A stretch of 47,107 nucleotides of DNA, from the NCBI RefSeq assembly GCF_001186125.1, contig NW_014040041.1:1-47107 (forward strand), in the 5' to 3' direction. Origin of the DNA: Sphaeroforma arctica JP610. Its lineage: Eukaryota. Each line of letters opens with the position of its first letter. Positions within the stretch are counted from its first letter, which is position 1. Positions 27,038 through 40,394 of the stretch are shown here, one piece after another. Made by a program: the position numbers and the translations under genes. Below the pieces are notes generated by a model. That model worked only from the letters and a program-made list of their open reading frames with translations. It had not been told where the DNA came from and ran no database searches.

Positions 27038-27108
27038 TCATCTAGCCGGAAATCGAATCCGGGTCTACCCCGTGGCAGGGGGCAATTATACCACTAAACC
27101 ACTAGATA
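27038..27108 (-). tRNA. tRNA-Gly (anticodon GCC), atypical acceptor and T stems
   Basis: The minus strand reads TATCTAG TG GTTTAGTGGTATAAT T GCCCC CT GCC AC GGGGT AGAC CCGGA TTCGATT TCCGG CTAGATG A. This is a 71-nt cloverleaf collinear with eukaryotic tRNA-Gly(GCC), followed by a T5 Pol III terminator. Confidence 0.85.
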
Positions 27109-30042
27109 TGTGTTGTAGATTCATCTGTTTTATAATTTATAATAGCGACTATTGTTTATACTTTCAAATATGAAAAAACGTGACATTGTAGCGTATGGCC
27201 CTCTGGCCTATACCCTGTAACCAGATAGTGTCTCATCTAAATTAATCAATTTTTCTGCGAGACTCTCCGCAGAGACGCTGATGCTAACATCGTAAGGTAT
27301 TTATAACGTTCCCGTTAATAGTTGAAAGCTGAACGTATATTGCCGTAGTTTGTTCGGTCCAGTATAAATGAGAGGGGGTCAAATTTTAAGTCTAACATGT
27401 CGTCAAGTTTTGTTCTTCTCATTCCTTGATCTATTGTGGCCAAATATATAGTAGTAGGTACTATGTACACTGTCTTTAGGGTTTAAGACAGCAATTTAGA
27501 GGTCGCGCTGACCGATTTTCTTTTGGCCAATATAGTATAGCCTTCTCAAATACTCAAATGAAGGCTATGAATATAGAATGTGGTTTTTTGAGAAGGAGGC
27601 TATGACAGAGCCCTCTCAAAACGACACAGTACTTACAAGCTACACATAAATATTTATACGTTTACAATACGTATTCACATTTGTATTCTATTTGTTTTTG
27701 CTTCGTTTTGGTATGCTTTCTATATATCAAATCACAAATAACGCAATTTATTTATTTTTAACATAAATATTAGACGAAAAATAAATAAAAGTTACTTTTC
27801 AAAACTTTCACGGGCTTCACCATCTGCGGCAATTTCGACTATCTTCAAGAACGTGCTTCGAAACCGTTTTTAGGAGGTGGCAAAACTCTTGCAATTTCAG
27901 AACCCAACTAATTTTTAGGGTTTTAACGATAGCCTTCTGTAATTCTGTTATTATTCCAGGAGGCTATGTTCTGAAGTGGGGAGTGGGGTCCCGGACCTCG
28001 TGACTACCACTCTACCAGCCGACAAAAACGTAAAAGGCTAAAGGCTAACAACTCAGATTCTGCGTTTTTATAAAAAGAAGCTTGGGAGTTGTTGGTGCTC
28101 TCAAGTATTGTTTTGAAAAAATGAACAAAAGGTGGAAGAAAACGTGCTTTTTTGAACTGTGAAGTGTGAAGTTGTGAAGTGGTGATCAGTTGACATCTCA
28201 CATCACTGGCATCAGAATTCAGAGACTTCAGACACATGAAAACACATCATGATGTGTGCACTGTGTAGAGTGTAAAGTGTAGAATTGTAGACTGCAGAGT
28301 GAGAAGAATGTATCTTGGCCTGCAGAACTGCAGTCTGCAACTCTGCACTCTGCAGTCTTGTTGCAGTCTTGTTGTTTGTAGATGATGTTGCACAGTTGCA
28401 GACTTGCAGACTGCTGTGCAGTTGTATGTATTTACAGGTTGCAAATGTAAATGTATTGTCGTTGTTTCTTGTAATCTGGACGAATGTATCTGGCTTAAGT
28501 CTCCAAGAGTCAAGACACAATATCATACAGAAAATAGAAATTCAATGTCACAAAGTCACAAACAGCCAAACAGAGAAGTGAGATTTGTGATATATGAGTA
28601 TTCCTTCCCTCTGATCAGGATTTAGGCCTCATCAGGCTTCAGACTTCAGACTTCAGACGTCAGTCTTGTGAGTGGAGAAATTGACGTTTTTTAACAAGAC
28701 ATCATCCACATAGAGATAGCCATGTTTTTACTATTTAGATTGTGACTTGTTAAGTTGTGAGTGTTGGCCTATGTCTGTGGGGGCTATGGGGCTCTCTGGT
28801 GGACTGGACTTTTGAATGTTACCCCGTAGGGATATGTGTCCTCGCGGGGATCATCACATCCCTCTAGAAACAGTGACATGATACGACTCTCATGGGTTTT
28901 ATTAAGAACCTTCAGTTGCCCTCAGCTTTTATAGCTATATTAAACATTTTTTGATGTCGTGATAGGATAGGATAGGAGAATAAATTGGGGGGAGTAGGCT
29001 TGGAAACGGCCTCTTTTAAAGAAAACGCGGTATCGGGGGGATTATGTCACACTGTCATTATATATATATATTTAAAGTAAGGCAAACAAACAAACTCTGC
29101 GATCGTGGAGACGTCCGCGAGAGGGCAAGACGTACATGATGTAGACCTAAATATGTATGAACTATGACAGTATGAGGCGTTACGCGTTAAATAGTCGCGA
29201 GCAGTGTGGCGTCAGGCGTGAGCTCGATAGCCTGTGTACTGTGAAGAGTGACTCTGGGTGAGCAGTGCGAGCCTGAGCCCTGATTGTGAGTCTGTGACAG
29301 CCTGTGCAGCGTGAGCAGTGTGAGGCTGAGCCTCTGAGGCCCCTGGAGTCCTGGACTGTGAGCCTATGAGCCGTGACGTCATCAAGTCTGAATTATATAC
29401 GCAGCCTGAGTCTGAGTCACCTGACAGGAGTCACAGGACTGACAACCTGGCACTCAGATTTGTTTTATATTATTTAGTTAAAAAAAACAAAATCATATTT
29501 ATACATATAATAGAATAAAAGACATTTTTTTTTTACGGAATATACTGTTGTCACCGATTCGTGCATATTTGATTTTTTTTTTAAACAATATTTATGATTT
29601 TTTTCTTCTTTCAAAAGCAAATACTATTCTGAGGCTCTCTGACTTAGGCTTCGGCCCTTGGCCTCAGTCTTGTCTGAGGGCACAAGAAGGCCACTAGCCC
29701 CACAGCCCCACAGAGGCTTTCGATATAGAAAAATGTAAAAACAACCCAAAAGAAGGGGGGGGAAAGTCCTCTCTTGTGAATAGGGTAGTTGGCGATATAT
29801 TTAAAAAAAAGATTCTGGTCTTTTATAAAAAAAGAAAAAAGGTTTTATCACTACTCCGAAACGCTAAATATTCAACTCTGCACTCTGCACAGGTGACAGA
29901 CCGGCAGTCCAGCTGTTCGGCGTTCGCTGAACGTTTTTCGGTTGGTTTTGGACTTTTGGTGCTCTTTTCTAAGTTTACCAAAATTCACACCGTGAAATCG
30001 TGAATAAATAGTGATTGATGAATGATGCCTGAGCCCTTAGAG

Positions 30043-31247
30043 CAGGCCTCATTACGTTGAGAACGTTTAGCGTATAAAACAACGCGTGAAATTTGACCTG
30101 AAATTTTCACGCAATTTCGACCTGACAAAAAAAATCGGCTACGAACTCATAAGACCCAATCGAAATCGAGCATATCTCGTTGGCAGTTACACAAAATTCA
30201 CAGACCTTACAGAGTCACAAAAACAGTCACACAATCACAGTGACACTTACTGCTACAACACACTTGCACATACTTAGAAAAGTACATTGGCACATGCACA
30301 CGCACACTTACCGTCCTATCCTGACTGTTCTTAGACGTATACTAGTATAGACGGGCACTTAGCTATGTGCCCCGGTACCACAGCGGCTGTGAATACGATC
30401 GATCTCACCCGCTGTCAGCCATGCGTCGATCTCACCATAAATACTGATCTCACGCATATTGAAGAAGTGAGCGATTGCAGAGTACCCATCGTGGACGTTA
30501 TATAGCGTGGTACGAGGTAAGGATGTACAGCACCAGTACAACAGTAAAATTTTGGAAGAAATCATATTGAGATGTGAGTTATCTTTCGAAGTGCAGGCTG
30601 TGATGTTTGTGCACGTTCTCTCTAATATTGCCGGAAAGCCAATGTATGAGAATTGGCACCGGATCAAGTGGAATCAGAGTTCTGGTTTGTGTACGTTGAT
30701 GATCACGGGCAGTGCTACAAATACTAACAACGACATACTTCAGTGTAACACTACTATGGTAACAATTCTTGCAGTGCATACAAGTAAGCGTTTCTTTCTC
30801 TAATCCTATTCTAGCAGCAGTTATCACGAAGCTATCGCTCTTGACAGGATCAACAGCTCTACCCATACTGAATAAATTATCTTCGCAGTAAATAAGTCTA
30901 GCTTAACTTCTATACTCGATGTGCTTAGATCGAATAATGTTCTGCTGTCTGCGATCTTGTGATTTACACCTATTTTTTCACACCAGACTATGCTATAGGG
31001 AATAGGTTACTAGGGCTTTAGGGCTTATTGGTCACCAAGATATCACAATAGTCGCATGTAGTTTTACATGTCAAGTGTCAAATTTGTCAACGAGCAGAAA
31101 GGACAAAAGGCAAATGTCAGCCTGTCAGGCTGGGTCTGAAAATTAGACCCCATAGTAGGTTTGGGCCACTGTATATGAATATAAACGCTCAACGAATAAC
31201 GTTTACATAAGTTTTTAAGCGTTTAACGTATAACGTAATGAGGTCTG
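30043..31247 (-). mobile_element. Non-autonomous, internally deleted hAT-superfamily DNA transposon
   Basis: TIRs are CAGGCCTCATTACGTT (30043-30058) and AACGTAATGAGGTCTG (31232-31247), a 15/16 match. The flanking 8-mers CCTTAGAG (30035-30042) and CCTGAGAG (31248-31255) form a 7/8 TSD. AACGTT-rich subterminal motifs lie inside both ends. Minus-strand remnants resemble a BED finger start (MGRAVDPV...TCMHCKNCY, 30866 downward) and a hAT dimerisation-like segment (AILERTCTNI...SKDNSHL...LLYW). Confidence 0.72.
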
Positions 31248-34200
31248 CCTGAGAGGCCGAGGCCGAGGGGCCCTGGGCCCTGAGGCCCCTGACTTGCCTG
31301 AGGGCTGAGGCCCTGAGCTTCTGGATTTGCATTCTGCAGTTGTGAACCCTATATTATTATTTTTGAAACAAGGAGAGGCCTGACAGACTAACTGAAGACT
31401 GAAGAGTTGAATAATCTGGCACCTAGTAAATACCTAAATATGGAATAGATTAGGTACAAAACCATACGGCATATTTAGCTATTTACAATACGTAATAAAT
31501 ACAGCAACAATTAGCCTTAATTTTTTTTTAAATTATACAACAATGTACAGTTGTCAGTATGCAACTATGCATGTTTCTTTTATGTTTTCTGGAGTTGTTT
31601 TTTTTTTCAATCGAAAAATCAAGAAAAATTGTTAGAAAACCCCAGAAACGAACAAAAAGTTTTGCTTTGCTTTTTTAAAAACAATCAAACCCAAAACATA
31701 ACACACAGATAAAAAGATTTTTTTTTTTTAAATGCAGTTGTTTTTTCTCTGACAAACAAATGCTCCGTGATTCTTTTTTAAAAATATACGCCATAGTGCC
31801 TTAACTTTCAAAAATACACGACTTTTTTTATATTTATTCGGGATGTGTGTTTTTACCAAACAATATATCCAAATATAGTATGTATTGATGTGTTTTGTAC
31901 TTACGTTTTGTTAAAAAATATGTACATGTTTACTCCTGTTTTTTTCGTCATAATTTTGAATATAGGCTTTTTCTATATATTTACATATATATGATTGTTT
32001 GCCGATTTGTCGACATTGGCGTTGAGGCTGAACCGCTCAAGGCCCGGCTAACCTCTTTACGTTCCGACATAGGGGCTTATACGATCAAAGAGCAACGTTT
32101 AACGGGACAATTAAAAACGTGGTAACGTATACTAGATTGGCCTAAAAATCAGCTAATCCAATATTTTTAGCCACATAACGCTGTGTAGATCAATAAACGA
32201 GTGAGAATAAGGACAAAAGATGGCGACATTCTTGACTGAGCATTTGGTCCCCTTAATATATAATGGACCGCGCTATGGTAAAATATACGTTCAACACTCC
32301 TTGTTTATCGGGTAGAATTTCAACGTAGACACGTTATACGTTATGAGGCTAGGGCACAAGGCGTTGGCCCTTTAGGTGACAGACTTTTTCCTAGGAGAGA
32401 GGCAGAGGCTAACCGGGTGACTGTTGTTTTCGTTTAAAAAAAACAACCACGAAATCGAAGGGAAAAAAAACAATCGAGTAAATGTAATTATGTAAAGCAC
32501 TTTCTGTTTTAGTCTTGCTTTTTCTAAACCAAAAAAGCTTTACTCAGCTGGTTTTCTGCTCTTTTGATTGGCAAGCCTTTAAAACACGTGAATTGCGATG
32601 GGCGCCAGCGGTCAGCCGCCAGTGGCCCCAGGCGTTATTTATGTAATTTACAGCTGTGGCCTCACAGCCCTCGCTGGCCTGTGAGACAACCTTTATGGGG
32701 ATTCGGAATAGAAGTTGAACGTAATCGCATATTTCTTCAGTTTTGAAACGTTATCACGGTTATAATGTGATTAGAAGGGCCTACCTACGTTCTTTTATAG
32801 AAAAATAGGACTAGTTCATATGGTGAAAATGATACACACTCAAATGTTTAGACCCACACAGTACACCTGTCCGCATAAAAAGGGCCACATTTTGAATTGA
32901 AGTTGAACGTCAACGTATATTTATTCGATTTATAAACGTTTAAATGGAAAAGGGTGTGAGGTTAGGATGTGAGCGTGAGCATGAGCTGCCGTGCGGTCGT
33001 GAGATGAGAGCATTGTAGTAAAAATTTTATTTTTTATTTTTTAAATATTAAAGCCATATTTCAAACAAGAGAGGGTTGAAGCTCATTTACTTTTCTATTA
33101 AAAAACGATAACAATGTATAATTAAATACTCTCACTGTACATTTAGCCATAGCCCTCTTAGGCTCTGGCTCTAAAATGAAAAATCGAACATTTGTACACA
33201 GGTGACAGGGCTATGTTTAGCTATTGTTTTTTTTCGGTTTTTATTGATTCCTTTTTCTATTCGAGTTTTTTTATCTAGAAAATATGTATTTACGACAAAG
33301 CATTTTTAGCCTTCTAAATTTGATTTTTTTTAACTAAACAGAAAGGTACAGTATTTATATTGTTTATTTCAAGATTTGAAAACACTAATAAAGCTAAATA
33401 GTAGATGGCTGAATTAAGTGAATAAATATCCTCAGATAGAACAACGTGATGCTTCTATTTTGATGAAGAAAACCCAAAACACATACAATTTTTTATTTTT
33501 GGATTTTATTTTATTTTTTAAACAAAAACATTTAGAAGTCTATGAATTCTTTATATTTACCGAACACTATTTGTTTTTGTGGAGATGTGGTGACTGGGTG
33601 GGTACAATTGTACCTTGTACTGTATAATATGTTTTTTTTACTCTGATGATTCGTCTCTAATCAATTTATTAACTCTTCTCGTGACTACAAACATATTTCA
33701 CATCTAATATTTTTAACAAATATACACTTCTGTTTTTTAAACGAAACATTCGTTGTTTACAAGTCGCGTCTGTATTTGTATTTTTTTTTGTTAGAAATCA
33801 AATTATTTATAACTATTTACCAAGAAAGCTATGGTTTTTTAATATATTTTTATTTGGCGGTTTTAAAAAATGCAGAGATTCCGATGCATTGGCGTTAAAC
33901 CTTTAACGTTTTGTCTCCTTTTCGACATGTATAAGGTCACTCAGGCCTATTATTATATTTAGCTTTTTAACTAGTAGAAAAGGCCTGTACGTACTTAGAA
34001 CGCTTAAATATGTTAATATTTTGTTCTAAAAAGTATTAGTCAGGAATAAAGAAAAATCGAATGAAAATGCTTCTCCATGACAGACGTCAGTGTTATGTTT
34101 TGACATTTCTTCACTCTGAATGAGTATATGACAGTATGAACTATGACATACACAAGAAGAGAAGAGAAAAAATAGACTATGTTCACAATTTCACAACACA

Positions 34201-34472
34201 TGAATGATGAATATATATGTACATAGCAGCTCTGAGTCTGACCACTGAGTCGGGAGCTGGAGTAAATTTACTCTACTCTGCTCTGTGACCTTGAGATAAG
34301 AAAAAATCTCAACTGAAACAAAAATTAAAAAGAACTTGTTGGGAAAAATAAATATAGTAAAACTTGCAGCCAACAACAAATTATCATCACTATTGTTTTT
34401 TATCGTCCAAACTGAACTACAGAAGTGAATTGTTTAGTTGGCGTGTATTAGAGCTAATGGTCAGGAGCTGAG

Positions 34473-35974
34473 ATGGCCGCAATTATAGAGCTGGGGTCCA
34501 CACCACACGACGGACTGGAGGAACAAGTATACGTACGCAAAAGTATCAAATATGTTTTGCCTAATGACAGTGTGCAAGACTTTATCAATCGTATACAGAC
34601 CACACTCACCGTTTCACCCTTCACCCTTCCATCCGGCGAGATTGTAGCTTCACAAATGAACAATAGCTGCTATTTTGATGATGAGTACCTCAACATGTAT
34701 AAGGAGCGTGTAGTGAAGAACGAGGGTGCTGAATTGTATCGTGTACGTTGGTACGGTACATCGTTGAAACCTGTCGAAACCCTTTTCATCGAACGTAAGC
34801 GACACCATAACTACAAGGAAGTTCAGAAATACAGCAACAAGAAGAGACTGGATCTTCCCAAGGAAGAGATGAATAGGTTTCTGACTGGTACGCCGATTGA
34901 AGAGTTAAATTCGTCCAAAGACAAATTAGCCGGAGACATACAGGCAGCCATGATGCATTTGCAGCCAAAGATTCGTACCCAGTACCTGAGAACTTCTTTT
35001 ATGACCCAAGCAAACAAAGACCTGCGAATTACCCTTGACAGAGATATAGTTTTGTTTTCTGAGCCAAACAGCTGGGCTGAAATTGCGGCGGCAGATGGCA
35101 TTGGACAGGGCAAAGGCGTGAGGATGCCCTTCACGGTTGTTGAGGTAAAAGTGGCTATGGGTGAAAGTGGTAAACCTGAATGTCCTGATTGGATACACAC
35201 TGCGTTGATGGAATGTATTGCAAGGAAAATCAAACTAAGTAAGTATGGATACGGCTGCATACAATTCTACCCCATACAAGCTCACCCGTCGCCTAAGTGG
35301 AAGCCCGAGGTAGAAAGGTGGAGTGAGCAATTGACCTCGAGACCGGCAGATATTACTAGCGCTGGCTCGCTACTAAATTCTGGCCATCTTGCGCCACTCG
35401 CGACGAGCTATGTTCCTGTCAACGACAACCATAACAAGGAATACACATATGCTTGGTTACAGAATCAGTCTGAAAAGTGTACCACAGTGGACATATCCTC
35501 CACTAAATTGGTCTCCAGCGATGAGAAAGTGAAGCAGACAGGCAAGAACACGAGAAATATATTCCGCACGGCTAGACGACATGGACTGAATCGCAATGGA
35601 AAAGCTTTCATGGCGAACGAGCGTACCTTCCTCAATTATATATAATGGACAAGTAGTTTAGCTACGTTCTGTGTAGGGCTGCTGCAGATTGCCTCAGGAA
35701 ATGAGGTCTTGTATGTATCAACTGCGATAATCGCCTTCTGTGACGTACTTATCATGTATGCGACTATAATCTATCATTTGCGACGTATTACTTCGTGAAT
35801 AATATTACGTCGAAAGGTGGGCGTGTACCGAGGTCATTTAATGAATGGAAAGTTATATCGGCCATTATGATCATGTTCTTCGTTGCGGTCAATTCGTACA
35901 TTATCTACTTATGGGTAGCGCACCTATCACGTTCTTCCCTTGGGACTACTGTTGTATTACCAGTATCAAGGTAA
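34473..35974 (+). pseudogene. VTC4: VTC4-like polyphosphate polymerase paralogue: catalytic ORF intact (34473-35645, 390 aa), DUF202 membrane domain disrupted
   Basis: Collinear with the 40395-41909 gene. It has TAA at 35643-35645 where the paralogue has CAA (YIQW), an 18-nt in-frame deletion near 35595, and a 1-nt deletion near 35788 (CGTATTAC vs CGTATTTAC). Homology continues to TAA at 35972-35974. Confidence 0.85.
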
Positions 35975-37349
35975 CCCAGTCAGTACAACAAATTTAGTGA
36001 TCGACATAAAATAGCAACCGCGCAGCGAACTCGGTGATCAAATCAAGTACGAACCCCAAAATGAACAAGTGATTTGTTGAAGGACCTCGTCTACAATACA
36101 GCTTTGCAAATAAAGAATACTACCAATGTGGTATGTTGTAATTACCTTCAACACATTAAGAGCATTCCAATTTATTCTATATGGAATAGGTGATGCTGGT
36201 GTTAACTACCCGACAAGATTTTGATTCTAGCATGACGGGCAGTCACCTTTGTCAATCTCACGATTCGCTAAGCGAAAGTTTATACTTCTGCAAATTGAGA
36301 ATATTTCAAGTTACAATTATTCGTACATTGATCCCCGTATCCGAAATAATATCCATTTAACAACTAGAAAGAACGTGCGATAATGGCGGCTTTAATTTTC
36401 TTACTTTTGATACGTGTACCTGGGATTGCTGAGCGTTTATAAAAACCGCCCTTCTTGCATATTTACCTTTTCATTTATCTGCCAGCGGTACTATCTCGGG
36501 CTGGTCTTACTAATGTGTGTCTGTGGTTGTATTCTAAGACTAATTTGATGAGCAGAAGGCTTGCTTGCTGGCTTCGATCAGTGGTGCGTTAATACTTTGG
36601 TCCAAGCCCAAGATCTTCAGCATATTGTCGAATTGATCGCTGGTCTGTTTGAATAAGATATCATGATGTTTAGCAACTAATGAACGAGAGACATAAATAT
36701 CAACTGAACTTTAACGGACATACGGACATACGGACAGCGTGCTTAAGTTATGAACAAGGAGCGCACACAGAATTGTGGCGAGGTATTGCCACCGTAAAGC
36801 ACCAACGAAGGTACAGAATAAACAGAGCAACTATGTCAGGCATTCAATACAGTACACATGAAGCGGGGTTTGATATCTTCAGATCAGCAGTCAACCAAAT
36901 TGAATTCGACCAAACCGCATTTACATATCATATCTAAACAAAATTGGTCCATTCAATACAATACAAGCAGACACACCAACTTTCGTCAACTATATCCACT
37001 GATACTTAATTATTTACATAGAGACGTTCCGACAGGCTAACACCCTTGCTCGCCTACTACACAGAATGTTTCGAAATTGTATCGAAACCAACGAACAAAA
37101 TATTATATTTCGCTTGGGATGATAATGCGATGAGACTGTCTGACTCATGAGTTTCTCTGTTCTTCAATACTTTCCTGATTCCTCTATAGTCTGTGGTATA
37201 TGTTATCCGACAACAAATCAAATTAAAAAGTCTATCTTTAGACCATCGAGTCATCGAATACAGATGGAAATATGCGTGATGTATTTATTTACTTTTCATT
37301 TTCATGACCCTCTCTCTTGCTCTCTCCCTCTACTCTCTCTCCGCCATAG

Positions 37350-37597
37350 TATTTAAATATATATAGAGAGAGAGAGAGAGAGTGCGCAAAGTATCTATTG
37401 TCGGCAATCATTCGATCCACCGGTCACCTGCAAAAGTAGTATACAGTATGTGAGATATGCAATAAAGATTCAGTACTAGGGGACCTATGAGATAATTACA
37501 CATCGGTCGTGCTCATTGATTAATATTGTCCAACATTATCTTTTGAGATCTCTTGGACGAAACGAGCGCTTGTGCATAAATGGGTATTACCAATATT

Positions 37598-37656
<59 letters not shown>

Positions 37657-37972
37657 ATATATGTGTGTGTNNNNNNNNNNNNNNNNNNNNGTGTGTGTGT
37701 TTGTGTTCGTTTGTGTGTGTGTGTGTGTGTGTTTGTGTTTGTGTGTGTAAACATAATGTCATATATATATGTGTGTGTCTGTGTTTGTGAGTGTGACCGT
37801 AAATTTTTGTATGTATGCAGGTATATGTGTAGGTATGCATGTATGTATTTATGTCGTTATTTATTCGTATTACTCCGTACGTTTGTATATATACAGGTAT
37901 ATTTATCTTTATCTATTGTCCATCTAAATATTTGTCTATATATACATATATGTTATACATATTTTAGACACC

Positions 37973-38058
<86 letters not shown>

Positions 38059-38521
38059 AGTATAAGTATAAGTATATGTATATGTATATGTATGTAGTTA
38101 TATGTATATATATATATGTAAATTTATCATAGAAGTATTAGTGTACACGTCTACATTTGCATTTACATATACAATTGCATTTACATAAACATTTGCATTT
38201 ACAATTTTATTTACATTCACGTATTTGTTTATATATATATGGTTTCATTTATTTATCTATTCATATGTTTATTTGTACTTCTATGTCTATCTGTATATAT
38301 ATATATATATATATATTATGTAAGTATATATTTATATTTATATATATAGATATATTGATATATTGATATATATGTATGTACATATTTGTATGCATGTATG
38401 TATATATGTGTATAAGTATATGTATATGTATGTATATATATATGCTGTGTTTGTGTTTGTGTTTGTGTCTGTTTCTGTGCCTGTGTACGTATCTATAAAT
38501 ATTTTCTTTATATATATATAC

Positions 38522-38566
<45 letters not shown>

Positions 38567-38608
38567 GTATATGTAGTATATATATATATATATATCTATC
38601 TATCTATC

Positions 38609-38645
<37 letters not shown>

Positions 38646-38715
38646 ATATATATATATATAGTCATATATATATGTATACTCATATATATATATAGAGTCA
38701 TATATATATATAGAG

Positions 38716-38761
<46 letters not shown>

Positions 38762-38776
38762 CTATATATATTCATG

Positions 38777-38813
<37 letters not shown>

Positions 38814-38818
38814 ATATA

Positions 38819-38895
<77 letters not shown>

Positions 38896-38975
38896 GTATA
38901 TATATATATCTGTTTCTGTTTATGCTTATGCTTATGCTTATGTTTATGCTGATGCATATTTTTGTATATATGCAT
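37350..38975. repeat. Large (TA)n/(GT)n compound microsatellite block containing a 20-N gap at 37671-37690
   Basis: Direct inspection. Confidence 0.95.
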
Positions 38976-39874
38976 ATGTTCATATAGCTTTTGCGACAGA
39001 AATATTTCGAGAGCATGTGTTTGAATGAAGAATACGTATACATTTGGAGGACATGCATGTGTCAGACGTTTGGACTGGACATGTCAGGATTGTGTTTAGA
39101 ACATATATTTATTAGTGTTAGAAAATACATCTTGGTTATTAACCTGAAGCGCCTACAGAGGTTTGGAACAGGTAGAGAGAACGATTTCGGCGCTGTCGCT
39201 TGTCTCTTGTTTCTTAATCAGAGTTCTGTGCCATATTAGACATGATGATTTTGAGAGGAGCCTGCTATACAATAATTTGCTGAGTCATTCGTGGTGGCTG
39301 GGTGGAACTGTGGATACATTGGTGGATCTGTTCAATTTTAAGAAGGCTATGGTTTCATAGGACAGGCATCTGAGACCCGAAATTTAATTTGATGTGGAAG
39401 CGTTTACATTTCGCAGATCTATCGCGAGACAAGAGTTGATATAAAGAACGAGCCTTATTAAAAATATATTAAATCCTGTTTGTTTTTCAAATTGCTTCAA
39501 CAAAACATTTTGTATTTTGAAAAGCATGTATGCACACACACACGGGGATGAAGCACTGGAAAAACTACGTTGATTTACGACGTAGATCTCGATTATCCTA
39601 TTATAACCATGGTAACAAATGCAAATAAACAACTCGAAATGGCAAAGTTTGATCTTGATGACTGTTTTTTTGTACATTGTCTGTACCGGATATTTGTTAA
39701 TGGCGGATCTTGCGGTAATCCATCGTCTGACGCCCGTATAGGCAGTTTTTTTATTTAGTATTCCTCTCCTCCTAGAGATAGAGAGAGTCATAAATTGTAC
39801 ATTTTTATAGCCCCCTATCTGATGGACGACAAATTACATCTGGTTGATTGTTTTTCGTCCAATACATACTAAAA

Positions 39875-40255
39875 CTTCCGAAAAGTTCATTGTGAAATTT
39901 GGATTTATTTCATAATAGTGGTGTTACAGTGACGATAACAGACTGCTAAATTTCGCATTCATCTAAAGACGCCGCTGATACTCTTTACTTAAGCTTGCAG
40001 AATGATGGTGCTCTAATCGTCGGATGAGGTTGATGGGTGTGCTATTCATAAACAGATAGTATACGAATTCACTGCCGTGAAATACGCAAGCCTTCTCACC
40101 GGTATAACCTTTGAAATGTACCTGGTACACGTCCACCTTTTAACGTGATGTTGTTCATGAAGTGAATACTTCGCAAGTGATAGAATACAGGCACGTAAAT
40201 AATAATGTCGCCACAGAAAGCGATTATCGATAATGATACATACAAGACCTCATTT
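39875..40255 (-). pseudogene. Decayed tandem duplicate of the 3' end (TM2-TM3 plus 3' flank) of the VTC4-like gene
   Basis: 39875-40255 aligns by eye with ~40270-40668. Shared blocks include GAAAGTTCATTGTG, GATGAGGTTGATG/GACGAGGTTGATG, GGTACACGTCCACCTTT, GTGATGTTGTTCA and GATACATACAAGACCTCATTT, with substitutions and indels. Confidence 0.85.
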
Positions 40256-40394
40256 GTTCTTTGTTCAATACTGAAAGTTCATTGTGGTATCTGGTTTTAT
40301 TCCAAGATAGTGGTATTACAGTGATACACTGTTCATGCCTGACAATATCAGGATGCTAAATTATGTATTCATCTATAATCGTCGTACAGTCTGC

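Noticed and set aside
35643..35645. Stop-codon readthrough or UAA=Gln reassignment in the VTC paralogue
   Set aside because: A separate frameshift follows ~145 nt later, and TAA/TAG terminate other genes here (PFAS ends in TAG, the intact VTC in TAA).
36000..39800. Coding-like fragments flanking the TA block (e.g. ORFs 36680-36937, 39163-39360, 39570-39758)
   Set aside because: They have frequent stops and no recognisable motif. They may be old pseudogene or transposon debris, but I cannot support a call.
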